Positions 48,701 through 61,654 of a stretch of 64,000 nucleotides of DNA are shown here, piece by piece (position 1 is the first letter of the stretch; the number at the start of each line of letters is the position of its first letter). A program made the position numbers and the translations under genes. The stretch lies in NCBI GenBank assembly GCA_950097015.1, contig CATNEN010000038.1, positions 23,622,001 to 23,686,000 of the forward strand. The letters run 5' to 3'. The notes beneath the pieces were generated by a model that did not search any database, had not been told where the DNA came from, and saw only the letters and a list, made by a program, of their open reading frames with translations. This DNA is from Macrostomum hystrix (Eukaryota; Animalia; Platyhelminthes).

Positions 48701-49098
48701 AGCTTCTAAATGCTTCCAAACGATTTTGACTCTTTTATTGAGCATTTTGTTCCTCTGTTTGAGCCGTTTTTCCGTCGACTTGCGATTTAAGGGGAAATAT
48801 GCTTTACTATGCTGTTTATATCATATGCCACCTTTCTGTCTCTATTCACCCATAGTTCCTTCATTGGTTTTCGCGAATACATTTGTTCAATTCGAGCCTA
48901 AAGGGAAAGGTTCAATTCAGAGAAAAATATTTTTCTTTTTATTGATAAAACGACCGCCTTGCAGAAAGTGCTTGCGTCGAGATTTTTGAATAGCTTTTAT
49001 TAAAACAAGTGCATATTCCGTTTGTGCATTTTTTGTGCATCTAAATGCAGGAAAGAATATAGCAGTGAGTAGAAATCCCTTTATGTTCGCCCCCACGT
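45758..49098. mobile_element. Candidate non-autonomous Helentron/MITE-like element (~3.3 kb)
   Basis: 14-bp inverted termini TGGGGGCGAAC(G/A)TA at 45763 and 49082-49095, ACTAG and A-runs outside, GC hairpin GGCGCGAAGCGCC near 45791, internal ~140-bp direct repeat, no credible ORF. Confidence 0.5.
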
Positions 49099-49587
49099 AA
49101 AAGACTGCAGTCTTCTTACTTACTAGTTTATACTTGTAATAGTTCATCACGATGGTTTATACTTAGTTAATCGAATAACTCAACTGATTTAAGAACGGAT
49201 AAGCGAGAAAATAGAATAACAAAATAAACAGACAAAAAAATTTTTTATTGCCTGATAATAAAGGCAGCCTTTAATCAATCAATTAAAAGTATAAATAAAA
49301 ACGGTGTACATCAAATGAGTCAATGTGATTAAAAACCACGAGACCAAGCTGTCATGATGTGTCAAAAAAACTATAACTTTGTCAAAAAATCTGATTTGCG
49401 TAATGTAGATTTTGACAAGGCGGCATCATTGACATGAAACGATAATTGAAAATGACAAGACAAATGATCAGGAAATTATGCATAAAATTCTTCAACTCAG
49501 TATGATTCCAGATTAGAGCAAGCAATTGACTAGAAAAATAGACAGCTACAATGTACAGCTATTACAGGTGCAGAGCGCCTTGATTGG

Positions 49588-52500
49588 TCAGACAATCAGA
49601 CACCTAGAGCGCCTGCGATGCCTGAGCTTCCTAACCGGTTTGAGAATGCAGAGTCCGCGCCTGGTGCACACGAGAATCTTGTCTTCGCCAAGCGGCGCCA
49701 CTCCGGTGATCTCGTCCAGCTCCTGTAGGAACTGCAGCCTCTGGACAAAGATGAACTCGCTTCTGCGAATCACCCAGAACAGTCGCTGGCGTTGGTTGTC
49801 GGTGAAGATGATTCGCTTGTCACTGGTTGTGATGATGTGCGCCGGCACCGAGTCAAAGATCTGTGTCGTTGTCAGCTTCCTGTAGACTCCGGTGCGATCG
49901 TTCACAATAAGGATGTGACCTTCGGTTGGGCAGGACACCCATAACATTTTTCTCTCCCTTGTCCAGGTCACATACTGTGGATGCAGATTCTCAAACGTGA
50001 ACCAATGACCTGTACGGCCCAGGCAGGGCGTGAAGAATTCCACCTTCTGATCTGACGGCTGAGCTACGACTAAGTCGCCGCGGCGGCTGTCAACGAAGAA
50101 GCCGGCAAACAGGGGCTCCTCGCTGGTGCCACCGATGCGCTCGATTCGCTTCACAACCTGACCGTCCAGCTGGAGGCATGCCACCACCGACAGCCAGGAG
50201 TTCCCGGCGCCGCTGGCAGCTGATGACGTCGACTCCAAAGTTGGTTGGAGTTGGGCCACGCCGCTGACGTACACCAGACCGTTCACGAGGCGCATGTGGT
50301 GGCACTGAAGCCTACCCACTGAGCTGCCAACGTCGCTTGGAACAACGACAGGCAGATCTTTGAGCCGGCCCTCCTGACCGGAGTAGATCAGCAAGGATCT
50401 TGTGCAGCCATTCAGCAGCACCAGGTCGGCTAGCTCCGTTGATCCGTCGGCGTCGGTCAGCAGGCCGGCCGCCGCGATCTCCAGTTCACCGCTAGTCGAC
50501 TGCAGCAGTTCAGCGCAGGCACCGGTGTCAACCTCCTTCAGCTTGTAGCTGCTGTTGCGTTTCATGTTGTGCCGAATGAAGCTCAGATCTAGCGCGTCCT
50601 CAGCTTCTGACGAGTCGCTGCCGCCGCCTCCGCCGCCGCCGCCGCCGCGAACGTCGTCGTCGAGATCAATATCGTTGACTTCGTTGATTTCGACAGGCAA
50701 TCTGGAAGCCGACGATGTTGAGTAGTGCTGCGGACCAGCGGCAGCTGCCGCCATGGCGTCCTGCAACTTCTGGGAGCGGCTTTCAGCGTCGTCAAGCCGG
50801 GTGATGAGTTTGTTGAGGTTCTCTCGCACAGCCAACAACTCGGCCTTGTCGAATTCGCTCATCAGAGCTGACGATGCAGTACGACTGCCGCCGAGGCCGC
50901 CAGCCGCGCCAGAGTCGTTGGCGGCTGCGGCTGCAGCTGCGGCCTCCGAGCGTCGGACAAAATCCTCGGCTAGGTGCGTTAGGATCTCCTGCTTTCGTTC
51001 CAGGCTGCGCTTTCTGCCGCCGACTCCGCCGAAGCCGCTATTGCGTCCGCGTGGGCTTCCGACGTTCGACGCGCCGCCAGCAATGGAAGCACCCGCGGCG
51101 ACGTCGCTAGCACAGCCTGGCAGCTGCATCCGACGGCACTGCCTGTCGACAATGTAGTTGATGATTGACTGATGCGCCGTTGCCGTCGGCAGGCAGCGCA
51201 ATCCGCCAGTCGGTAGGCGAGCTTCCATTCGGCACAATGGGCATGGAAATCGGTCTCGATTTGGCTGCTGACTGTCCCATTTCTCTAGGCAGGTGAGGCA
51301 GAACACGTGCGAACAGTGCAACAGTTTCGGCTCGTGCAGTCGGCCCAGGTGAATGGGACAGGTAGTCAGCTCTTCCAGCGGCTCAATGCTGCCACTGCTA
51401 GACAATGAGCTGCTGCGGCTGGCCTGAAAAAATGGGGCACTTTAATAAGTTCATAAATGGATTCTCTTATCTTTGTTTATCGCATCCCATGAGGTTAACA
51501 AAGATTGGCCACTTGCTTTTCTAACCCAGTCTTTTCTAGTCTATTGGATCGTTAATAAAGTCTTGGCACGAGTGTCTGAGGATCTTAATTGAAGTCTGGA
51601 CTATAAAATAAGTATCCCTAACGTCTAACTATCATAATTAACAAGATATGTGCCTATGAAATACCCAATTAATCACAGCAGAGATTTGTGTTGCTGCTTT
51701 AATTAAGAAAGTGCAGACTAAAAAAAGCTCAGCTAGTAATTAATCTAATGATTGGCGGTCTAGATCAGTTAGTCTCTTCTAGCTAATATCAGGTTCTAGG
51801 CTTGAGATTGTGCCTAGGAACTGAGATAAGACATTGTTAAAAATCTCATAGCAAAATCAACTAACCATGTGCCTTTTAAATATGATCTTCATGTCCGATC
51901 AGGAACTTAATTAGAGTTCTGATTGGGAATTCATTATTGGAATGCCCAATTTATTTGAATTCGGGATAAAAGTTTGCCTTTTAATTGGGATTCTGATACA
52001 GTCAATGAATCTAGATTGGGATTTGGATTTGGGTAATGGGATAATTAGAAATCTGGATTGGGATTTGGGTAATGGGATAATTAGAAATCTGGATTGGGAT
52101 TTGGGTAATGGGATAATTAGCAATCAGGATTGGGATTTGGGTAATGGGATAATTAGAAATCTAGATTGGGATTTGGGTAATAGGATAATTAGAAATCTGG
52201 ATTGGGATTTGGGTAATGGGATAATTAGAAATCTGGATTGGGATTTGGGTAATAGGATAATTAGAAATCTGGATTGGGATTTAGGTAATGGGATAATTAG
52301 AAATCTAGATTGGGATTTGGGTAATGGGATAATTAGAAATCTAGATTGGGATTTGGGTAATAGGATAATTAGAAATCTGGATTGGGATTTGGGTAATGGG
52401 ATAATTAGCAATCAGGATTGGGATTTGGGTAATGGGATAATTAGAAATCTAGATTGGGATTTGGGTAATGGGATAATTAGAAATCTGGATTGGGATTTGG

Positions 52501-55500
52501 GTAATGGGATAATTAGCAATCAGGATTGGGATTTGGGTAATGGGATAATTAGAAATCAGGATTGGGATTTGGGTAATGACTAATTAGAAATCAGGATTGG
52601 GATTTGGGTAATAGGATAATTAGAAATCTGGATTGGGATTTGGGTAATGGGATAATTAGCAATCAGGATTGGGATTTGGGTAATGGGATAATTAGAAATC
52701 TAGATTGGGATTTGGGTAATGGGATAATTAGAAATCTGGATTGGGATTTGGGTAATGGGATAATTAGAAATCTGGATTGGGATTTGGGTAATAGGATAAT
52801 TAGAAATCTGGATTGGGATTTAGGTAATGGGATAATTAGAAATCTAGATTGGGATTTGGGTAATGGGATAATTAGAAATCTAGATTGGGATTTGGGTAAT
52901 AGGATAATTAGAAATCTGGATTGGGATTTGGGTAATGGGATAATTAGCAATCAGGATTGGGATTTGGGTAATGGGATAATTAGAAATCTAGATTGGGATT
53001 TGGGTAATGGGATAATTAGAAATCTGGATTGGGATTTGGGTAATGGGATAATTAGCAATCAGGATTGGGATTTGGGTAATAGGATAATTAGAAATCTAGA
53101 TTGGGATTTGGGTAATAGGATAATTAGAAATCTGGATTGGGATTTGGGTAATGGGATAATTAGAAATCTAGATTGGGATTTGGGTAATAGGATAATTAGA
53201 AATCTAGATTGGGATTTGGGTAATGGGATAATTAGCAATCAGGATTGGGATTTGGGTAATGGGATAATTAGAAATCTAGATTGGGATTTGGGTAATGGGA
53301 TAATTAGATATCTGGATTGGGATTTGGGTAATGGGATAATTAGCAATCAGGATTGGGATTTGGGTAATAGGATAATTAGAAATCTAGATTGGGATTTGGG
53401 TAATAGGATAATTAGAAATCTGGATTGGGATTTGGGTAATGGGATAATTAGAAATCTGGATTGGGATTTGGGTAATAGGATAATTAGAAATCTGGATTGG
53501 GATTTGGGTAATGGGATAATTAGCAATCAGGATTGGGATTTGGGTAATGGGATAATTAGAAATCTAGATTGGGATTTAGGTAATGGGATAATTAGCAATC
53601 TGGATTGGGATTTGGGTAATGGGATAATTAGAAATCTAGATTGGGATTTGGGTAATGGGATAATTAGCAATCAGGATTGGTATTTAGGTAATGGGATAAT
53701 TGGAAATCCAGATTGGGATTTGGGTAATGGGATAATTAGAAATCAGGATTGGGATTTGGGTAATGACTAATTAGAAATCAGGATTGGGATTTGGGTAATT
53801 GGATAATTAGGGATCCATATCAGGATTCTGGTAATGGGATAATTGGAAATCCAGATTGGGATTTGGGTAATGACTAATTAGAAATCTGGATTGGGATTTG
53901 GGTAATGGGATAATTAGCAATCAGGATTGGTATTTAGATAATGGGATAATTGGAAATCCAGATTGGGATTTGGGTAATGGGATAATTAGAAATGAGGATT
54001 GGGATTTGGGTAATGACTAATTAGAAATCAGGATTGGGATTTGGGTAATGGGATAATTAGCAATCAGGATTGGTATTTAGGTAATGGGATAATTGGAAAT
54101 CCAGATTGGGATTTGGGTAATGGGATAATTAGAAATCAGGATTGGGATTTGGGTAATGACTAATTAGAAATCTGGATTGGGATTTGGGTAATGGGATAAT
54201 TAGCAATCAGGATTGGTATTTAGGTAATGGGATAATTGGAAATCCAGATTGGGATTTGGGTAATGGGATAATTAGAAATCAGGATTGGGATTTGGGTAAT
54301 GACTAATTAGAAATCAGGATTGGGATTTGGGTAATTGGATAATTAGGGATCCATATCAGGATTCTGGTAATGGGATAATTGGAAATCCAGATTGGGATTT
54401 GGGTAATGACTAATTAGAAATCTGGATTGGGATTTGGGTAATGGGATAATTAGAAATCCAGATTTGGATTTGGGTAATGGGATAATTAGAAATCCAGATT
54501 TGGATTTGGGTAATGGGATAATTAGGGATCCATATCAGGATTCTAGTAATGGGATAATTTAGAATCCTGATCTGGATTTGGAAAATGGGATATAATATAG
54601 AATCCACATTCGGTTTGGGTAATTGAATAATTAAATATGGGGATTTTCTTCGTGATGTTTTTGAAACATTTTATCTCTTCATTACTAGTACCGGTTGATT
54701 TTGAGATGAAAAATCATTCAGTCGATTGCGCATGAGAGATCTGTGAATCTTGAGAACCTAAGATGTTTCTCAGGTGTCTTGTTATATAATTTCACACCAA
54801 TAGATTGCTAATTAGTAGTTGACTCGAATGGTTCTGACGCATTTCGTAAATGGTCTAATTAAGTTGCAATACAAAGCCAGTTGAGCAAGGACACAGAGTT
54901 TATTTCGAGTGGTATTCTTTCTTCAAAGAGCGCCTTGTACTTTTAGAATAGGCTGCTTCCTACAGCTCACACAATCGAACAATGACGCATTAACTAATTG
55001 TGTGTTTTGTTACAAACGAGAATATTTTTCCACAGAAGCTCTCCGCAACTTCTCAAAATGAGAGCTTTGGAGCGTGATTTCATGCAAACTTTTGGTTATA
55101 CTCGGCACGCACGAGAAATGAAGGTTTTTTTAGCGAAAATAACTAAAATCTACAATGGGTAGATATTGAATCGTTAGACTAATTGATTGGGTTGAATCTT
55201 TACCCAATTAACTATTTAATTAAGAGAGACCTACAAAGTTAAAATGTGGTATAGCGAATCTGATTGTAAATGGATAGAGGATGGGGTAGATGATGGAGTA
55301 GAGGTTTGGGTAGATGATGGAGTAGAGGATGGGGTAGATGATGGAGTAGAGGTTTGGGTAGATGATGGAGTAGAGGATGGGATAGATGATGGAGTAGAGG
55401 ATGGGATAGATAATGGAGTAGAGGATGGGATAGATGATGGAGTAGAGGATGGGATAGATGATGGAGTAGAGGATGGGATAGATAATGGAGTAGAGGATGG

Positions 55501-57156
55501 GATAGATGATGGAGTAGAGGATGGGGTAGATGATGGAGTAGAGGATGGGATAGATAATGGAGTAGAGGATGGGATAGATGATGGAGTAGAGGATGGGATA
55601 GATAATGGAGTAGAGGATGGGGTAGATGATGGAGTAGAGGATGGGATAGATAATGGAGTAGAGGATGGGGTAGATGATGGAGTAGAGGATGGAGTAGAGG
55701 TTTGGGTAGATGATTGAGTATAGGATGGAGTAGAGGATAGGAAAAATGAAAGTATCGATGATAGAGAACATGATTTGAACCAAGTTCGGTGTAAATTATT
55801 AGTTTTTGTTTTTCCAGCATCGCCAGTTATTGGTAGTATTCTTGAATAAGAAAAAAATTACTCAGAACTTATTGACTGCTAACTGGGAAAGTGAAATCGT
55901 GACTTGGAGATAATTTGACAAACAGGCTGCATTCAATAAGAATGCGGGGAGTTTTGACAGTGAAAGCTACATAAGCAGAGCTAATCGATAGGAAAAACTG
56001 AAAATGTGAGCAGTGAAGCCAAACAGATCAATAGATTTCCTAGTGCAGTTTTGAGAGTGTCAGCAAACGAAGCCCTCAACAGCACTGGAGGCAGAGTGAG
56101 TGACAAAATTTATGCGTGCGTCTCTAGACTCAGTAAGTTGAGCTGTTCTCTATGCAGAGCATGGAAAACAAATTATAGTACGACAGGTTCGGATTAGAAA
56201 AAAGTACAAAAGGGATAAAAAATTATAGAACACACCAAGCCAAGTTAGGCAATATGTACTGTGTACAACTGTTCAGTCCATGGACTTTGGGAAGCCCACC
56301 AAAATTAACTGTCTAAATAAACAAAAAAACTGATGATTACACCTGCCGCAACTAGACCAGATGTGCAGTCGACAACACACCTGCAGCTATTGCGCGGCGC
56401 ATCTGAAGGCTGCGTACAGCTGTTCAGTCCATGGACTGGGGGCCGGGGGGACGCCACACCCACCCTTAATTACTCCTAACTAATGCTGGTACCCATTTAA
56501 CAGCTGGGTGAAATGAAGCAATGCAGTTTTAAGTGCCTTTACTAAAGGACACAAAGTTTTACAGTCGAGTCGGGAATCGAACCCCGACCTTCAAGTCGTG
56601 AGTCCGACGCTCTAAGCACTAGGCTAGACTCAATTATTTACTGAAGAGGGCATTGTGTAGGATTGTATGTATCAAGGGATTAAGTTACAGGTCTCTAGGT
56701 CGCAGCGGAATTTTAGAAAGCTTGTTTACTCTAACATTGGCCAATCACGAATCACACACGTGCCAAATAGAATTAAAATACATGTCCCAATATTTTTTGC
56801 GCCTAGGGCCCGAAACTACACTCATTTGATAAGACTGCAATTGTAAGAATTAGTTTAGCCATGTTTTTCTATACCAACCAACAAGAGATATGAACACATG
56901 CAATTAACAGAACAGATAATTCCTAGCAATAATTCTTATCAATTGTCTGTCCTGTTTATCTCTACATTCGGCACAATGAGCACGCTATTGCTATAGTTTT
57001 TTCTGCTTTCAGACAAAGCAAACAAGGTCAGTAAGAATATAGAGCTCGAGGTCAATTGTGTACAAGAATTGAAGCAGTAATTAATTTTACCTGATCGCAC
57101 ATCCAAGACTGCGAGCTGCAATCATCAGCTGAGTTTGATACTGGCTCCGAATCCAT
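49588..57156 (-). CDS. RING finger / coiled-coil / NHL-like beta-propeller protein (TRIM-NHL/malin-like E3 ligase) with C-terminal CaaX, ~633 aa
   Basis: Main exon 51423-49588 (acceptor TTTTCAG). A putative first coding exon 57156-57091 (MDSEPVSNSADDCSSQSWMCDQ|gt) is in phase 0. TRIM-type RING LTTCPIHL...PKLLHCSHVFCLTCL...CPLCR, then a coiled coil and a beta-strand-rich C-terminal half. Confidence 0.8.
52005..54600. repeat. 36-bp G-tract minisatellite (TTAGAAATCTGGATTGGGATTTGGGTAATGGGATAA)
   Basis: ~70 units within the RING gene intron. Confidence 0.97.
55272..55740. repeat. 24-bp (2x12) purine-rich minisatellite (GATGGAGTAGAGGATGGGATAGAT)
   Basis: Directly visible. Confidence 0.95.
56336..56628 (-). 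mobile_element. tRNA-headed SINE family B, copy 2
   Basis: B box GGTTCGATTCC and a CORE-like segment GTGTCCTTTAGTAAAGGCACTT...CACCCAGCTGTTAAATGGGTACC on the minus strand; homologous to 43368-43578. Confidence 0.75.
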
Positions 57157-57300
57157 TGTTCTGTTCGTTAATAATCGATTAATTTTCGTAAGGCAGGATG
57201 ATATTTCAGAACTTTTACTTATTTAACGCAAGAATATTCAACTAGCTAATTACTCTGACGTGGTTATGCATAGTAATTTAATATTACATTAGTAAAAATT

Positions 57301-57345
57301 TTAGGGTTAGGATTAGGGTTAGGGCTAGGGTTAGGGTTAGGGTTA
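57301..57345 (+). repeat. Short interstitial telomere-like (TTAGGG)n tract
   Basis: ~7 units with two variants. Confidence 0.85.
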
Positions 57346-57879
57346 TAGTTACTTATTATAGCTTGATTGACCAGTTGTGGTGACCCACACGGAGTACACT
57401 GACACCAGTGCAATACTAGTTTTCAAATATATATACTATTTTTGAGGCTCTGCTATTGTAAAGGGACCAAATTCGGAGTTGAGGTTGATTGAGGCGGGGG
57501 ACCAGTGGAGGCCAGCTGAGGACAGCCTACCCGGGCCACTGATGCCTGTACTTATTAACCACTCTTCCCTACGTGAGCGCGGCATCAGCCTTCTCCACCC
57601 ACCCCACAATCTCCCCCTCTCCCTCTCGCCCTGTCTCTCTCTCTCCCTCTCTCCCTCACTTCCCTTGTCCATTCCTTTCCCCGGCAGTGGTGTTTGCCCA
57701 GTTAGAACTCTATAGCAAAACGGCCAATAAGTTTGGTGATTGGTTAAGAAGGCCGGATAGTGCAGAAAATATAGTAGTCTCCGTGCCCAAGTGCACACCC
57801 TATGTACCTATCTCTATCTCTAGATCTATGTGTGTGTGTGTGTTGTACTTGTAGTACTGTGCGACTTTGTACTGACCAC

Positions 57880-57910
<31 letters not shown>

Positions 57911-58394
57911 TATCTCGCTCCCTCTCGACCGTGACCGGCCCAATTTCTGCTTTCCAAATCCAATGTCCAATGAGTTTGGACTGTGTCTTCTGTGTGTGTT
58001 TTTGTGTGTGCCTGTAAGGTCACACTGGCATACCAGGCATACCGAAATTTCCAAACCACCTCAATAAATTATACACATTTGGTTGCTACGTGTCAGATTG
58101 TTTACATGTATGTATTTTTTGTTTTTGGCCAAAGTCATTCAACGCAACATAATCTTGATATACGAGCTACTACATTATAAAATGTAAATTGATACATCGA
58201 TATATTAATGGTTCATTTAAGCACTATAGTAGTTCATGAACAAGATACTTTGATATATAAAATAAAAATCATTCTTTACGCTTTATCATTTCCGCGTCGA
58301 TATACTATTATGAAGCTCTGTTGATTTAATATTTGTGATTGGCGAAAATCAAGGTTGGCAACTCTTGAAACTTTCGGACGCTGGCGAAAGTCCG

Positions 58395-61210
58395 GTGGAC
58401 AAACGAACAATGGACAAATAAACAGTGGACAAATAAATAGTGGATAAATAAACTGTGAACAAATAAATAGTGGATAAATAAACTGTGTACAAATAAACTG
58501 TGTACAAATAAACTGTGTACAAATAAACTGTGTACAAATAAACTGTGTACAAATAAACTGTGTACAAATAAACTGTGAACAAATAAACTGTGTACAAATA
58601 AACTGTGTACAAATAAACTGTGTACAAATAAACTGTGTACAAATAAACTGTGTACAAATAAACTGTGTACAAATAAACTGTGTACAAATAAACTGTGTAC
58701 AAATAAACAGTGGACAAATAAACTGTGTACAAATAAACTGTGTACAAATAAACTGTGTACAAATAAACTGTGTACAAATAAACTGTGTACAAATAAACTG
58801 TGTACAAATAAACTGTGTACAAATAAACTGTGTACAAATAAACAGTGGACAAATAAACAGTGGAAAAATAAACAGTGGACAAACGAACAGTGGACAAACG
58901 AACAGTGGACAAATAAATAGTGGATAAATAAACTGTGTACAAATAAACAGTGGACAAATAAACAGTGGAAAAATAAACAGTGGACAAACGAACAGTGGAC
59001 AAATAAATAGTGGATAAATAAACTGTGTACAAATAAACAGTGGACAAATAAACAGTGGATAAATAAACAGTGGACAAATAAACAGTGGAAAAATAAACAG
59101 TGGACAAATAAACAGTGGACAAATAAACAGTGGAAAATTAAACACTAGACAAACGAACAGTGGACAAACGAACAGTGGACAAACGAACAGTGGACAAAAT
59201 AACAGTGGACAAACGAACAGTGGACAAATAAATAGTGGATAAATAAACTGTGTACAAATAAACAGTGGACAAATAAACTGTGTACAAATAAAGAGTGGAC
59301 AAATAAACAGTGGAAAAATAAACAGTGGACAAACGAACAGTGGACAAATAAATAGTGGATAAATAAACTGTGTACAAATAAACAGTGGACAAATAAACAG
59401 TGGACAAATAAACAGTGGACAAATAAACAGTGGAAAAATAAACAGTGGACAAATAAACAGTGGACAAATAAACAGTGGACAAATAAACAGTGGAAAATTA
59501 AACACTAGACAAACGAACAGTGGACAAACGAACAGTGGACAAACGAACAGTGGACAAAAGAACAGTGGACAAACGAACAGTGGACAAACGAACAGTGGAC
59601 AAATAAACTGTGTACAAATAAACTGTGTACAAATAAACTGTGTACAAATAAACTGTGTACAAATAAACTGTGTACAAATAAACAGTGGACAAATAAACAG
59701 TGGAAAAATAAACAGTGGACAAACGAACAGTGGACAAAAGAACAGTGGACAAACGAACAGTGGACAAACGAACAGTGGACAAACGAACAGTGGACAAACG
59801 AACAGTGGACAAACGAACAGTGGACAAACGAACAGTGGACAAAATAACAGTGGACAAACGAACAGTGGACAAACGAACAGTGGACAAATAAACTGTGTAC
59901 AAATAAACTGTGTACAAATAAACTGTGTACAAATAAACTGTGTACAAATAAACTGTGTACAAATAAACAGTGGAAAAATAAACAGTGGACAAACGAACAG
60001 TGGACAAACGAACAGTGGACAAATAAACTGTGTACAAATAAACTGTGTACAAATAAACTGTGTACAAATAAACTGTGTACAAATAAACAGTGGACAAATA
60101 AACAGTGGAAAAATAAACAGTGGACAAACGAACAGTGGACAAAAGAACAGTGGACAAACGAACAGTGGACAAACGAACAGTGGACAAACGAACAGTGGAC
60201 AAACGAACAGTGGACAAACGAACAGTGGACAAAAGAACAGTGGACAAACGAACAGTGGACAAATAAATAGTGGATAAATAAACTGTGTACAAATAAACAG
60301 TGGACAAATAAACTGTGTACAAATAAACAGTGGACAAATAAACAGTGGAAAAATAAACTGTGGACAAACGAACAGTGGACAAATAAATAGTGGATAAATA
60401 AACTGTGTACAAATAAACAGTGGACAAATAAACAGTGGATAAATAAACAGTGGACAAATAAACAGTGGAAAAATAAACAGTGGACAAATAAACAGTGGAC
60501 AAATAAACAGTGGATAAATAAACAGTGGACAAATAAACAGTGGAAAAATAAACAGTGGACAAATAAACAGTGGACAAATAAACAGTGGAAAATTAAACAC
60601 TAGACAAACGAACAGTGGACAAACGAACAGTGGACAAAATAACAGTGGACAAACGAACAGTGGACAAACGAACAGTGGACAAATAAACTGTGTACAAATA
60701 AACTGTGTACAAATAAACTGTGTACAAATAAACTGTGTACAAATAAACTGTGTACAAATAAACTGTGTACAAATAAACAGTGGAAAAATAAACTGTGTAC
60801 AAATAAACTGTGTACAAATAAACTGTGTACAAATAAACAGTGGACAAATAAACAGTGAATGAATAAACAGTGGACAAATAAACAGTGGACAAATAAACAG
60901 TGGAAAATTAAACACTAGACAAACGAACAGTGGACATTTAAACTGTGTACAAAAAGACTGTGGACAAATAAACAGCGGACAAAAAAAACAGTGGACAAAC
61001 GAACAGTGGACAAACGAACAGTGGACAAACGAACAGTGGACAAACGAACAGTGGACAAACGAACAGTGGACAAACGAACAGTGGTCAAACGAACAGTGGA
61101 GAAACGAACAGTGGACAAACGAACAGTGGACAAACGAACAGTGGACAAACGAACAGTGGTCAAACGAACAGTGGACAAACGAACAATGGACAAATGAACA
61201 GTGGACAAAT
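58395..61210. repeat. 15-bp minisatellite (AACAGTGGACAAATA and variants), ~185 units
   Basis: Directly visible, with a mosaic of variant units. Confidence 0.98.
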
Positions 61211-61654
61211 TTCTTTCTTTGGTGAACTTCGGTGGACAAAATTCAAGTAGACCAAAGTCCGATGGACAATGACAAATCCATTGACTAAAATGTTCTCTTA
61301 AGGATAATTTTTTCTGTGAATGTCTAAGATTTGGAATTTCTACTGCTGTATGCTAGTTGGCGACAGAATTGTAGCAACCTGAATGGCAGCATAAAAGGAG
61401 TAAAAAATGAAAGAAAACTCACCCACTCAAATGTAGCTTTTATTTCTGATGCTCAAAGCCTGTCAATCTGCCTTAGCTTTTGATCGCTAATTAAGATGCA
61501 TCGGAGAAAAAATATCAAACAAAAAACGCATTACCTCGTGACCTAAATTTCACACACAAAATATACTGCATTAATAGCTTTCAGATCTTTTTCACCATCT
61601 GTTAATTAATTAACCCGACACGCAAGAGGGTAATGGTTGCTGCTTTCTTTGTAA

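Noticed and set aside
51911-55820. Repeat ORFs (IIRNLDWDLGNG, DDGVEDGI, YPILYSII and others)
   Set aside because: 36-bp and 24-bp intronic satellites read in frame.
57301-57345. True telomere or fusion site
   Set aside because: Only ~7 imperfect units, internal, with no inverted counterpart.
58276-61239. 987-aa Cys/Phe-rich ORF and overlapping STV-repeat ORFs
   Set aside because: Translations of a 15-bp satellite whose period is a multiple of 3; no non-repetitive domain.
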